IMG/VR virus record: IMGVR_UViG_3300044631_002422
Coordinates: 84,314 to 148,313 of that record
Strand: one strand, 5' to 3'
From: a virus
DNA: 64,000 nucleotides
The notes under the pieces are model-generated. The model did no database searches and had not been told where the DNA came from. It saw only the letters and a program-made list of their open reading frames with translations. This document shows positions 50,620-58,860 of the stretch, piece by piece. Position 1 is the first letter of the stretch; every line of letters starts with the position of its first letter. A program made the translations under genes and the position numbers.

Positions 50620-50632
50620 ATTAAAATACACA
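50620..50632 (-). promoter_or_regulatory. TGTGTATTTTAAT putative promoter
   Basis: Recurring intergenic motif. Confidence 0.45.
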
Positions 50633-50633
50633 A

Positions 50634-51617
50634 TTATTCGCCCGCAGAGTCGTTTTCAGCCAAAACCTTTTTCTTTGTTTTTTTGGTTTTTTCCTCGGAA
50701 ACATTACCTTCGGCTACAAGATTTTCTTCTTTTTCTAAATCTTCTTTTTTGGCAGTAACAATAGGGTCGCCATTATCATCCAAAAACGGCTTGCGAACAG
50801 CTTTGTCTTTTGAAACCCAACTTTCTTCGCCGTCTTCGTCAACCACTTTGACAACTTCCTGACCGTCTCTGTTTACATAGTAACGATCATTTGGATCTTT
50901 ATTTGCTTCGCCTTCTGGAGTGCGATATGCAATAAAACGCCCATCGTCGTCAATTAATCGGCCATCGATATCAACAGTATGACCCTTATCATTGATGAGT
51001 GACAATTCTTCATTGACAAATTCAAACTCACGCAAAAACTTGTTTTCCGTAAGCTTGTTATCATAATCAGGATCAAGCCCATAAATAATGCTTGCCAACT
51101 CAGAAGAAGCTTTTACAACCCAAGGTTGATCACCACTAGAATCAAAATCTTTTTGAGTTTGAAAATAAGGCCCATTGGTATTTGGGTTGATCATGCACAA
51201 TCTAACCAGTTCGGTAAATCGCGCGTTGTCAGCTTGACCTTCAACAGTGTTTTGATCAAGTATATTTCTTTCTGCAATAAACTCACGAAACTCAAATCGA
51301 AGACGACGCAAGTCCAAGGCAATTTGCTTGGCTTCAGATAACTTGATGCCGCCGCTTTTCAAAATTTGCTCTTTGGCTTGAATTTCATTGATATAATTAT
51401 CATTCTTTTGCTGTTTTTCTTTGTTCCAAATTCCCTGATCGGTCATGTAGTCCGAAAGTTTTTGCCGCAACAAAGCCCCAGAGTCAAGGGCTTTTCTAAA
51501 AGCCTTGTTGTACTCAATTTGAGAATCTCGGTACTCTTGAGGTCCGGGAGTTTTCAGCTTGATCTTTACAGTGTTTCCGTTTTTGTCCAACGACTCGATA
51601 ATGTTTTCTTTATCCAT
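50634..51617 (-). CDS. hypothetical protein, possible tail assembly chaperone
   Basis: Lies between the tail tube and tape measure genes; GGAGA RBS before ATG 51617. Confidence 0.6.
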   Translation of the reverse strand: MDKENIIESLDKNGNTVKIKLKTPGPQEYRDSQIEYNKAFRKALDSGALLRQKLSDYMTDQGIWNKEKQQKNDNYINEIQAKEQILKSGGIKLSEAKQIALDLRRLRFEFREFIAERNILDQNTVEGQADNARFTELVRLCMINPNTNGPYFQTQKDFDSSGDQPWVVKASSELASIIYGLDPDYDNKLTENKFLREFEFVNEELSLINDKGHTVDIDGRLIDDDGRFIAYRTPEGEANKDPNDRYYVNRDGQEVVKVVDEDGEESWVSKDKAVRKPFLDDNGDPIVTAKKEDLEKEENLVAEGNVSEEKTKKTKKKVLAENDSAGE

Positions 51618-52002
51618 CTTGTGTCTCTCCTGATTGATTAAAATCATTTTTTACTGGTAAATTAATCTGATATCTTTTTCTTTGAATTTCATATCCTGAA
51701 AATTCAGCTTCTAAACTTCTGATTTGGGTATTGCCCCTATCTAAGATTATTGCACGAACTTCATCGTATATGTCCTTCATTTGTTTTTGCTCTTGAGTTA
51801 TTTCTTCTTCACTTTCAAAGCTCCAAAGAAATCCTAATTTTTTTTCAATTGTGTCTAGCGCCCCAATCATCGTTGTTTGTATTTTCTTTTTGCAAGATTT
51901 AAACAGCGAATCTTTTGATACTTCTTTGCTCCTTTCCTCACGAATGTTTTTCAAGTTGATTGATTTTTTAAGAAAGTTGTTGTAATCTTTATCATCCGAC
52001 AT
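51610..52002 (-). CDS. hypothetical protein
   Basis: 130-aa helical ORF in the tail operon. Confidence 0.65.
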   Translation of the reverse strand: MSDDKDYNNFLKKSINLKNIREERSKEVSKDSLFKSCKKKIQTTMIGALDTIEKKLGFLWSFESEEEITQEQKQMKDIYDEVRAIILDRGNTQIRSLEAEFSGYEIQRKRYQINLPVKNDFNQSGETQDG

Positions 52003-52003
52003 A

Positions 52004-53056
52004 TTATCTTCCTTTTGACTTTATTGCACTTCTTGCAGAATTAACTGCATTCATCATTCTTTCCTGCTTGACATCCGATAAATCTTTGTGATGTATATTT
52101 TCAGATGAAGCTCTAATTTCCCGTTGTCGTTCTTGTATTATAGCTCGCATATGGTCATTATTTAACGAATAAATATCTTGAGCTTCTTCTTGAGAATTAG
52201 CAACAACAAAAATCTCTTGAGAATTTTTGATTTTAGGGTTGCTGATCAAATCATCAGTTTGTTGTTTTATTTTATCTTTTTCGTGCTTTCTTCGTTGTTC
52301 AATAAACCACCCATCAAGACAGTCATCATCTTCAATAACTTCTTCTTTGGGCGATTCTGGGTTTTCAAAAACACCATCATACATTTGTGAATATGAAATA
52401 AGTGCAAGTTGGTTTTGGTCAAGATATACAGATGGTTTTCCAAAAACATCGCCGCGTTTTTTAGAGCCATTCCACATTTGACGCCACGGTGAACTTCTCG
52501 CAATTTTACGAAACTCAGAAGCATCAATTGCAGCAGACGAATATTCTTCCAAAATATTTTGGATATTTATATCTCTAAAATCATAGTTTTTACCATCAAT
52601 ATTTTTGGTGGTTTGTTGCAAAATCCAACATCTACGCATAAAATTAGCAACACCAGAACATGTTGTATGATCAAATTGTTTTTTCTTGTGGGCTGTTGTT
52701 GCCCTGTCAATTTCTGCCACTCTTATCATTCGTTTAGCGTTTGCTAGTTCCTTTTTTCTAAAAAATGCTTTGTATGCATTAACCTTTAGATCTTCTATCT
52801 TTTTGTCCAACTCTAGTACATATTTGTCATCGAGCGGAGTCCATAAATCATATTCGATCAACATCGCCAAAACTTCTTGTTCTGTATAACATCCAGAAAA
52901 ATAAGCTTTTTTATATGCTTGATCATAAATCTCAAACGATTCTTCCATTATATCAGAAGAAGGTTCGTGTATAAACAAAACAAGATCGCCCACCCGAATG
53001 CGTAGGCGACCTTGAATTATTCTATTTAAAATCTTTTCACAGTAAATTTCATCCAA
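52004..53056 (-). CDS. hypothetical protein, possible tail assembly chaperone
   Basis: 350-aa ORF right after the tail tube gene; IEDDDCLDGW motif. Confidence 0.6.
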   Translation of the reverse strand: MDEIYCEKILNRIIQGRLRIRVGDLVLFIHEPSSDIMEESFEIYDQAYKKAYFSGCYTEQEVLAMLIEYDLWTPLDDKYVLELDKKIEDLKVNAYKAFFRKKELANAKRMIRVAEIDRATTAHKKKQFDHTTCSGVANFMRRCWILQQTTKNIDGKNYDFRDINIQNILEEYSSAAIDASEFRKIARSSPWRQMWNGSKKRGDVFGKPSVYLDQNQLALISYSQMYDGVFENPESPKEEVIEDDDCLDGWFIEQRRKHEKDKIKQQTDDLISNPKIKNSQEIFVVANSQEEAQDIYSLNNDHMRAIIQERQREIRASSENIHHKDLSDVKQERMMNAVNSARSAIKSKGR

Positions 53057-53080
53057 GTCCTAATCCTTAATGACTAAATT

Positions 53081-54082
53081 TTAGCCACCACCATCTACAA
53101 CAAGCAGAGAGTTATAGTTACTGTAAGAGTAAGTAACAGTAGCATTTCCGCCACCGGTATCGCCACCCGAGTAAGAAATCGAAGTCAGCTTGTTCTTGGT
53201 TCCGAGACTGAGAACAGTTCCTGCGGTATCTCTGATTGTGATAGTATCACCAACTCCGGGCTGATTCTTACCAGCACCCGAAACGCTCTTGAGATCGCCC
53301 GAAGTTGCAATGACTTCAAACTCGCAAGTAACTTCAATTGGGAAACTAGTAAACTTAGCATAAGGCCCAAAACGTCCCAATTCAAGAATATTTTCTTGAC
53401 CAAAGTCAGCACTAACACTGATACTTTGAATATGGAAATTATTATTGCCCGCGAGGTCGCCTCTTTGTTCTCGAACCAAGGCTGGAAGAGTTGAAGCGCC
53501 CAAGTCAACATTCACGCGACGAACAACACCCGAAGCTGGCGTATCGGTATTGAAACCGGTCGCCGGATTTCCGTAACGTCCAAATGCAGTTTGTGCGGTT
53601 TGGTTAACATCGGCATTCCAAAACTTGTCGTTACCAACAAGCGTAACCGATTCGGTAGCATTTCCATCAACACTGTAACTGTATGCTACATTACTGATAT
53701 ACATACCCGAATTCCAGCATACGTTTTGTGGTACGCCAGTAGCGTTTGAAGTGCTATCGCTATAAATACCCACATAAACATCGCATCGCGATTTTGCGGC
53801 AGCAACGAGATCAGTTTTGCAAGCACCATTACTTGCAAGGTTATAAATAAGTTTTTCGCCGTCGATAACCTTTTCTAGGCTAACGTCAACGTCGGTAATA
53901 TCTTCTACGTTTTCATAAAGTTCAAGCTGGCCAAGTTCAAAAACCTGATCAAGCGTGAAAGTAGAATTCATACCAACGCTTTGCAAACCGCGCACAGTAT
54001 TCGCAGCACTAACAGCAGTTCCTGTTGGTGCTTGAATAATTACCGCTTGGCAAGCGTAAAAAATTCTGTCATTTCTTGGCAT
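53081..54082 (-). CDS. major tail (tube) protein
   Basis: GLQSVG...VFELGQL...; internal duplication ILELGRF; gene position; strong AGGAG RBS. Confidence 0.7.
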   Translation of the reverse strand: MPRNDRIFYACQAVIIQAPTGTAVSAANTVRGLQSVGMNSTFTLDQVFELGQLELYENVEDITDVDVSLEKVIDGEKLIYNLASNGACKTDLVAAAKSRCDVYVGIYSDSTSNATGVPQNVCWNSGMYISNVAYSYSVDGNATESVTLVGNDKFWNADVNQTAQTAFGRYGNPATGFNTDTPASGVVRRVNVDLGASTLPALVREQRGDLAGNNNFHIQSISVSADFGQENILELGRFGPYAKFTSFPIEVTCEFEVIATSGDLKSVSGAGKNQPGVGDTITIRDTAGTVLSLGTKNKLTSISYSGGDTGGGNATVTYSYSNYNSLLVVDGGG

Positions 54083-54123
54083 TTAAAATTCTCCTATAGA
54101 ATTTAGTCCTCTGGTAAGGCACT

Positions 54124-54135
54124 ATTATATACACA
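54124..54135 (-). promoter_or_regulatory. TGTGTATATAAT putative promoter
   Basis: Recurring intergenic motif ~40 nt upstream of the tail tube gene. Confidence 0.55.
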
Positions 54136-54143
54136 AAAATATG

Positions 54144-55130
54144 TTAAACTGGCCCAACTTCTGTTTTGCAGCGGGCAACACCCATATAAAGATCAACAGA
54201 AAGCTGCGTAATATTTTCGGCTCTGGATTCATAAACCCAGCATTTACGATAAGGATAATTATCTACTAAATGAGGATAAAGTCCACTAGCGCGAGCATGA
54301 CCCCTCAATTCACGCTCTTTTCCATTTTCAAAAGTAAATGGAGAAACGCCACTTTGGGCAACTTTGGTGCTATCGAAAAGCGTTAAAGTTCGATCATTTT
54401 GGGCAACAATAGTATCAATTAAGTTAACAGCTTCCCAGTGGTTTTCGGCCATTACATAAAACAAAATATCGCTGTTTATCCACTGACCGCCGCCAAGTTG
54501 ATACCCTTTGGTTTCACGGGCTGGAACAACTTCCACGGCAATAGCCGGTAATTGAACGCGAGTTTCGCCCAAGCGAACCCATCCGCCAGAACCTTGAAAT
54601 TGAAAATTTGCTTCATTTCTGAAAGAATTTTGTTGAAGTTGGCGAAACCATGAAACACCTTCGGCGGGAAGTGTTTGCACACGTTTGTGGCTATATTCTA
54701 CCTGAACATTGCTATTGGTTGATTGGGCAGTGTCAAATACAATGCGGCCAAGTGGGTAATCGATATAAAATGGTTTTGTGACATTGCCTGTGGCATAAAA
54801 CGTGCCATTAACATAAACACCAGAAATATTGACTGGTTGCTGAGCGACACCATCAACGTTGCCGCTACCTTCCCACACCCAGTTTTGGCGATAACCTTCC
54901 CAAACACGACCAGCCGTATAATTTGGAGTATCTACAAGTCTCAGCTTGTGACGGTCGCCGCCATAAATGCCACTTTGTGGAATAGATATAGTGTAAAAAC
55001 CGCCCTTGTCAAGCAAACCCCAATCGTAAAAATTTACAAAATTATCAAGCAATATTTCTGACAAAGTTGCGTCTGTGGCCTTTTCTATTCCCGCCGTTAA
55101 GTTTAATTTTGTGTGCGATCCTCCGGGCAT
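54144..55130 (-). CDS. putative tail terminator/completion protein
   Basis: Position before the tail tube gene; VQLPAIAVE...YQLGGG. Confidence 0.55.
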   Translation of the reverse strand: MPGGSHTKLNLTAGIEKATDATLSEILLDNFVNFYDWGLLDKGGFYTISIPQSGIYGGDRHKLRLVDTPNYTAGRVWEGYRQNWVWEGSGNVDGVAQQPVNISGVYVNGTFYATGNVTKPFYIDYPLGRIVFDTAQSTNSNVQVEYSHKRVQTLPAEGVSWFRQLQQNSFRNEANFQFQGSGGWVRLGETRVQLPAIAVEVVPARETKGYQLGGGQWINSDILFYVMAENHWEAVNLIDTIVAQNDRTLTLFDSTKVAQSGVSPFTFENGKERELRGHARASGLYPHLVDNYPYRKCWVYESRAENITQLSVDLYMGVARCKTEVGPV

Positions 55131-55759
55131 TATAGTGTTCCTATTATTATACTTTGAATTTGTGGATAAACTCTATTTATTGCTCGCGTTATAAAGTTGT
55201 CATTTAAAGTTCCAGAAAATGCACTATTTACTTTATAGGGTGCTGCTTTACTGGACATTTTAGCTTCGCCGGTGCGTGATGTTTTAAATGACCCAAATTC
55301 TACGCCAAAATCAGTTATAATAACTGTATCGCCCAAGGTTAAAAGCCAACTTAACCACGGCAAACTTCCGCCGTCTATTGGTTGCTGCGCAAAAGACTGC
55401 CCAAGAATATTTGAATAGTCCGATGGCTGCATTGTGATTTCAATACCACCGCCACGATTTTTTTGAGCATAAAGTGGTCGAATTGAAATTGTTGATAAAA
55501 TTGCCGCAATAAGCTCGTCGGTTGGATCAGAAGTCAAACCAAATTCAGCGCGTAAAATACCATTTTGTAGCGAATTAATTTCTGGACTCGACAACAAAAC
55601 AGCTTGAATAATTGGCATAATTTTTTGTTGCAACACAGGAATTGCTTGCTTGATTGCAATATTGAGTTCTTTTGCCAAACTAGAATTTATGCGCGATACA
55701 ATTTCAGCGTTGGATTCTCTAAACTTAATCACAATTATCCTCCGGGAGCGCGAGTCCAA
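55130..55759 (-). CDS. putative neck/tail-completion protein (start uncertain)
   Basis: LPWLSWLL...NFITRA; head-tail gene order. Confidence 0.55.
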   Translation of the reverse strand: MDSRSRRIIVIKFRESNAEIVSRINSSLAKELNIAIKQAIPVLQQKIMPIIQAVLLSSPEINSLQNGILRAEFGLTSDPTDELIAAILSTISIRPLYAQKNRGGGIEITMQPSDYSNILGQSFAQQPIDGGSLPWLSWLLTLGDTVIITDFGVEFGSFKTSRTGEAKMSSKAAPYKVNSAFSGTLNDNFITRAINRVYPQIQSIIIGTL

Positions 55760-56253
55760 AAAGTGACTATGTATTTGGTATTGTTTTGTTTGAATCCTTG
55801 CGGAAAAGATATTCCGGTTTTTTCATATTTGGCATTTGGGTCATACTTTTCAATACCATCATATTTTGGTATCATATACTTACACTTTTCTATTTTGTCC
55901 AAATCGGCCATATAGGCTATGGTTTGAATTGATCCATCGGGAATATTGATTGGCACACCAATACTAACCCAAGATTTTCTATCCCAGTAAATTCTAAGCG
56001 TTATTTCATCGGTTGCTTCAACTGACTTGTATCCTTCTCCATTGCAGTAAGGGCATGGCATACCTCGTTCGAATGGATATGGTCCTCCAGTTTTATAAAT
56101 ACTGATAGAACGTCCAGTACTGCCCATCATATTCATCAAGCAATTTGGACAATCTTCTTTTTTTTCTGGATATACCAATGTAGCGCTACGAGTAAACAAC
56201 AAAATAGCTTCGTTGTAAACATCAAAAACACCGCCGGGAATATTGATAGCCAT
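55735..56253 (-). CDS. putative head-closure protein with CxxC...CxxC insert
   Basis: CPNC...CPYCNGEG; head-tail gene order. Confidence 0.55.
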   Translation of the reverse strand: MAINIPGGVFDVYNEAILLFTRSATLVYPEKKEDCPNCLMNMMGSTGRSISIYKTGGPYPFERGMPCPYCNGEGYKSVEATDEITLRIYWDRKSWVSIGVPINIPDGSIQTIAYMADLDKIEKCKYMIPKYDGIEKYDPNAKYEKTGISFPQGFKQNNTKYIVTFWTRAPGG

Positions 56254-56262
56254 TTATATTTC

Positions 56263-56499
56263 CTAACTAGCAGAATCGCCAGCATAGTAACGTGGATCAT
56301 CGTATCTGGTATCAAGCGAAGCATCAATCGCAGCTATAGATTTATCGACATTTAACGGCGAAACACCGGCTGGATTTAATGTATGTTTACTATCTAAAAA
56401 AGAAGCTGGATCAAGACCACGCGCACCAGCAACGCCAACAACGGCACAGCCGCCATTTGGTTGTGGATTGCCGCTAATTATTTTTTGAGATACAGCCAT
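56263..56499 (-). CDS. hypothetical protein
   Basis: 78-aa ORF with GGAGA RBS. Confidence 0.65.
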   Translation of the reverse strand: MAVSQKIISGNPQPNGGCAVVGVAGARGLDPASFLDSKHTLNPAGVSPLNVDKSIAAIDASLDTRYDDPRYYAGDSAS

Positions 56500-56524
56500 T
56501 TATATTTCTCCATTTATTATTAGA

Positions 56525-57034
56525 TTAAAAATATCCACCGCCATCGTAACGATTTTGACTAACATTCCAACTTCCGGGACTGTATGGACCAAGTATTGCC
56601 GTGCCAACTGGAGTACCATCTCCGTTACCGGATTCGTAACGGTAACTATTTAATAAATCTTCATACTTTGCGCACAAGTCTTTGTAAAGAGCAATTAAAC
56701 TTCCGCTAACTCCGCGAAGGTCAATTGCCGAAGGACCGTCTTTGATTGAAATAGCGTTGGCCGATTCGGTTTTGACTTCGCTGCCAACTAAAATACAAGC
56801 ACTTTTATAAATAGTCAAAACAGTAAAATTTGTGTCGTTTAAATCAACTGGATCTGGAGTAATAGAAACGCCGCCTACATTTGCTGTGTATGTATTTGGA
56901 AATGTCGCATCATTTTGCACATTGTATGCACCAACCACCAAAACTTGCTTGAGGCGTTCATCGGTATATTTTGTAGAATCAAGGTCGCCAATAACCGACC
57001 TTAACATCAAAACCATATCTGTTTTCCAAGGCAT
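56525..57034 (-). CDS. putative head-tail adaptor
   Basis: LRSVIGDLD...YTDERL N-terminus typical of connector proteins. Confidence 0.6.
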   Translation of the reverse strand: MPWKTDMVLMLRSVIGDLDSTKYTDERLKQVLVVGAYNVQNDATFPNTYTANVGGVSITPDPVDLNDTNFTVLTIYKSACILVGSEVKTESANAISIKDGPSAIDLRGVSGSLIALYKDLCAKYEDLLNSYRYESGNGDGTPVGTAILGPYSPGSWNVSQNRYDGGGYF

Positions 57035-57042
57035 ACTTTCAC

Positions 57043-57369
57043 CTATAGATTTTCGTAAACTTTGAATGTTCCAATATCAGATCTGAATGTTCCAGTTGGT
57101 ATTGTTATTTTTGCCTGAATACTCCAAGTTCCTACTTCATTTAAATCGTTGTTAATTGTAACATACACAATTTTTCCATCGGTTCCGTTGGTATAAAAAG
57201 AAGCTGTTTTTGTGTAAGATACTCCAGAAGGAGATTTAAGTATAACTTGTAAAGATGAAGCAGTAGATAAATCTAACGCGACTGACGTTCCAGAAACACA
57301 ATCATTAACAGTAATTAAAAATACTGTTCCTATATCATTGTAGTGAACTTCTCGTTCTGAACAGGTCAT
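57043..57369 (-). CDS. BppU-N-like Ig-fold virion protein
   Basis: DLSTAS...LKSPSG...DGKIVY...DLNEVGTWSIQ...FKVYENL. Confidence 0.65.
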   Translation of the reverse strand: MTCSEREVHYNDIGTVFLITVNDCVSGTSVALDLSTASSLQVILKSPSGVSYTKTASFYTNGTDGKIVYVTINNDLNEVGTWSIQAKITIPTGTFRSDIGTFKVYENL

Positions 57370-57387
57370 TGTTATTTCTCTATAAAA

Positions 57388-58686
57388 TTAAACTTGGGTA
57401 TTTACTTCTAGTGCTATGTCAACCTGTTTATTTATACTCAAAATGTCCTCAAATCTTGATTTAATTTGCAAACTAAATTCTGGTAATGTAGTTATATGAG
57501 AATCAAAGTTTAAAGACGAATTGGTATTTAAGGCAAAAATAACTAAATCTCTTTCGCCAATAAAATCATCACCGAATCTAAAACCGTCCGAAATTAAGTT
57601 TGCAGCTTCTAGGGCTTTGTTTATTTGTGCGGTTAAACCCGGAGCAAGTGAAGCCTCCGAAACTAAAGAAGAGCCATCAAGGTTTTTATTTAAATTTCCT
57701 TTTAACCCTTCGGCCAATGTTGCCGAAGAAGCAAGGGCCGCAGAACCTAAAGTTAGGTTTAAATTGCCCTTAGCTCCATCAATAATAGTAGCAAAACTGT
57801 TTAGAGATGCCGAACTTAATGTTTTTACAAGATCGCCACTTGCTCCATCGGCCAAAGTCGAAGAAGACGAAAATGAAACAGAGTCAAGCGTTTTTATCAA
57901 ACTACCACTTAGACCAGCCGCAAGCGTACCAGAACTAGATAGCGAAGCATCTGCGAGTGTTCTTGAAACCGTTCCACTCAGGCCAGCCGCAAGCGTACCA
58001 GTTGACGATAGCGTAGCATCTGCAAGTGTTCTTGAAACCGTTCCACTTGCGCCAGCAGCGACAGTACCAGTTGACGATAGCGTAGCGTTTGCAAGTGTTC
58101 TTGAAACCGTTCCACTTGCGCCAGCAGCGACAGTACCAGTTGACGATAGCGTAGCGTTTGCGAGTGTAGTATTGGTGCTACCAGTTAAGTTAGCCGCAAG
58201 CGTACCAGAACTAGACAGCGAAGCATCTGCGAGTGTTCTTGAAACCGTACCACTCAGGCCAGCCGCTAGTGTAGCAGAAGAAGATAAAACGGCATTGTTT
58301 AATGTTTTATTTAACTGCCCAGAAGCAGCAAGAGACGCAGCGCTAGTCAATACTGCCGAGCCAAGATTTTTAACAAGCGATCCTGTCAGTACAGCAGTTA
58401 AACTTGCAGAACTTGAAAGCGTTGCGTTTGCAAGGCTAGAAACAACCGATGCATTTAACCCAGAAGAACTTACAAGAGTCGCGTTGGCCAGAGCGGAGTT
58501 AACCGAAGCTGTTAAACCACCAGCCGCAAGAGTTCCATTGCTAACTAAAGTTACATTATCAAGAGTTTTATTGAGATTTGCGGATAAACCCGCCGCAAGA
58601 CTTCCCGAAGCAAGTAAATTTGCTGCATCAAGTGTTTTACTAAGCGAATTACCAGCCGCTTGTGAACTGAGCAGCGTTAAAAGCAC
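57388..58686 (-). CDS. Ala/Ser/Thr/Leu-rich 23-aa repeat virion protein
   Basis: About 15 degenerate repeats of AAGLSGTVSRTLADASLSSSGTL; GTG start. Confidence 0.75.
   Translation of the reverse strand: MLLTLLSSQAAGNSLSKTLDAANLLASGSLAAGLSANLNKTLDNVTLVSNGTLAAGGLTASVNSALANATLVSSSGLNASVVSSLANATLSSSASLTAVLTGSLVKNLGSAVLTSAASLAASGQLNKTLNNAVLSSSATLAAGLSGTVSRTLADASLSSSGTLAANLTGSTNTTLANATLSSTGTVAAGASGTVSRTLANATLSSTGTVAAGASGTVSRTLADATLSSTGTLAAGLSGTVSRTLADASLSSSGTLAAGLSGSLIKTLDSVSFSSSSTLADGASGDLVKTLSSASLNSFATIIDGAKGNLNLTLGSAALASSATLAEGLKGNLNKNLDGSSLVSEASLAPGLTAQINKALEAANLISDGFRFGDDFIGERDLVIFALNTNSSLNFDSHITTLPEFSLQIKSRFEDILSINKQVDIALEVNTQV
57914..58327. repeat. 69-bp coding tandem repeat
   Basis: Units start at 57914, 57983, 58052, 58121, 58190 and 58259; the central copies are near-identical. 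Confidence 0.9.
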
Positions 58687-58688
58687 GG

Positions 58689-58850
58689 TTATAGACTCCG
58701 AAGTGCGTTAAGCGTTAGTTCCGTTTCAATAATTTTATGATCGATAGTCATAACCATTTCTAAGTCTCCTCTGGCTTCGGCTAAGATACGATCTTCTTGC
58801 AGTCTAACCAAGCAATTAGTCGCCATATGAATCAAAAATTCGATTGTCAT
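58689..58850 (-). CDS. small hypothetical protein (53 aa, not in the ORF track)
   Basis: MTIEFLIHMATNCLVRLQEDRILAEARGDLEMVMTIDHKIIETELTLNALRSL*; fills the gap; AGGTG RBS. Confidence 0.7.
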   Translation of the reverse strand: MTIEFLIHMATNCLVRLQEDRILAEARGDLEMVMTIDHKIIETELTLNALRSL

Positions 58851-58860
58851 TTTTCACCTA

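Noticed and set aside
51640-51660. A-AAA-AAT slippery site as a tail-chaperone -1 frameshift
   Set aside because: The -1 frame hits TGA immediately; the next gene is in the +1 frame and has its own GGAGA RBS.
57914-58327. Regularly spaced repeats as a CRISPR array
   Set aside because: Contiguous in-frame 69-bp coding units with no unique spacers.
57521-58711. 396-aa + strand ORF
   Set aside because: Antisense shadow of the Ala/Ser/Thr repeat gene; all surrounding genes are on the minus strand.
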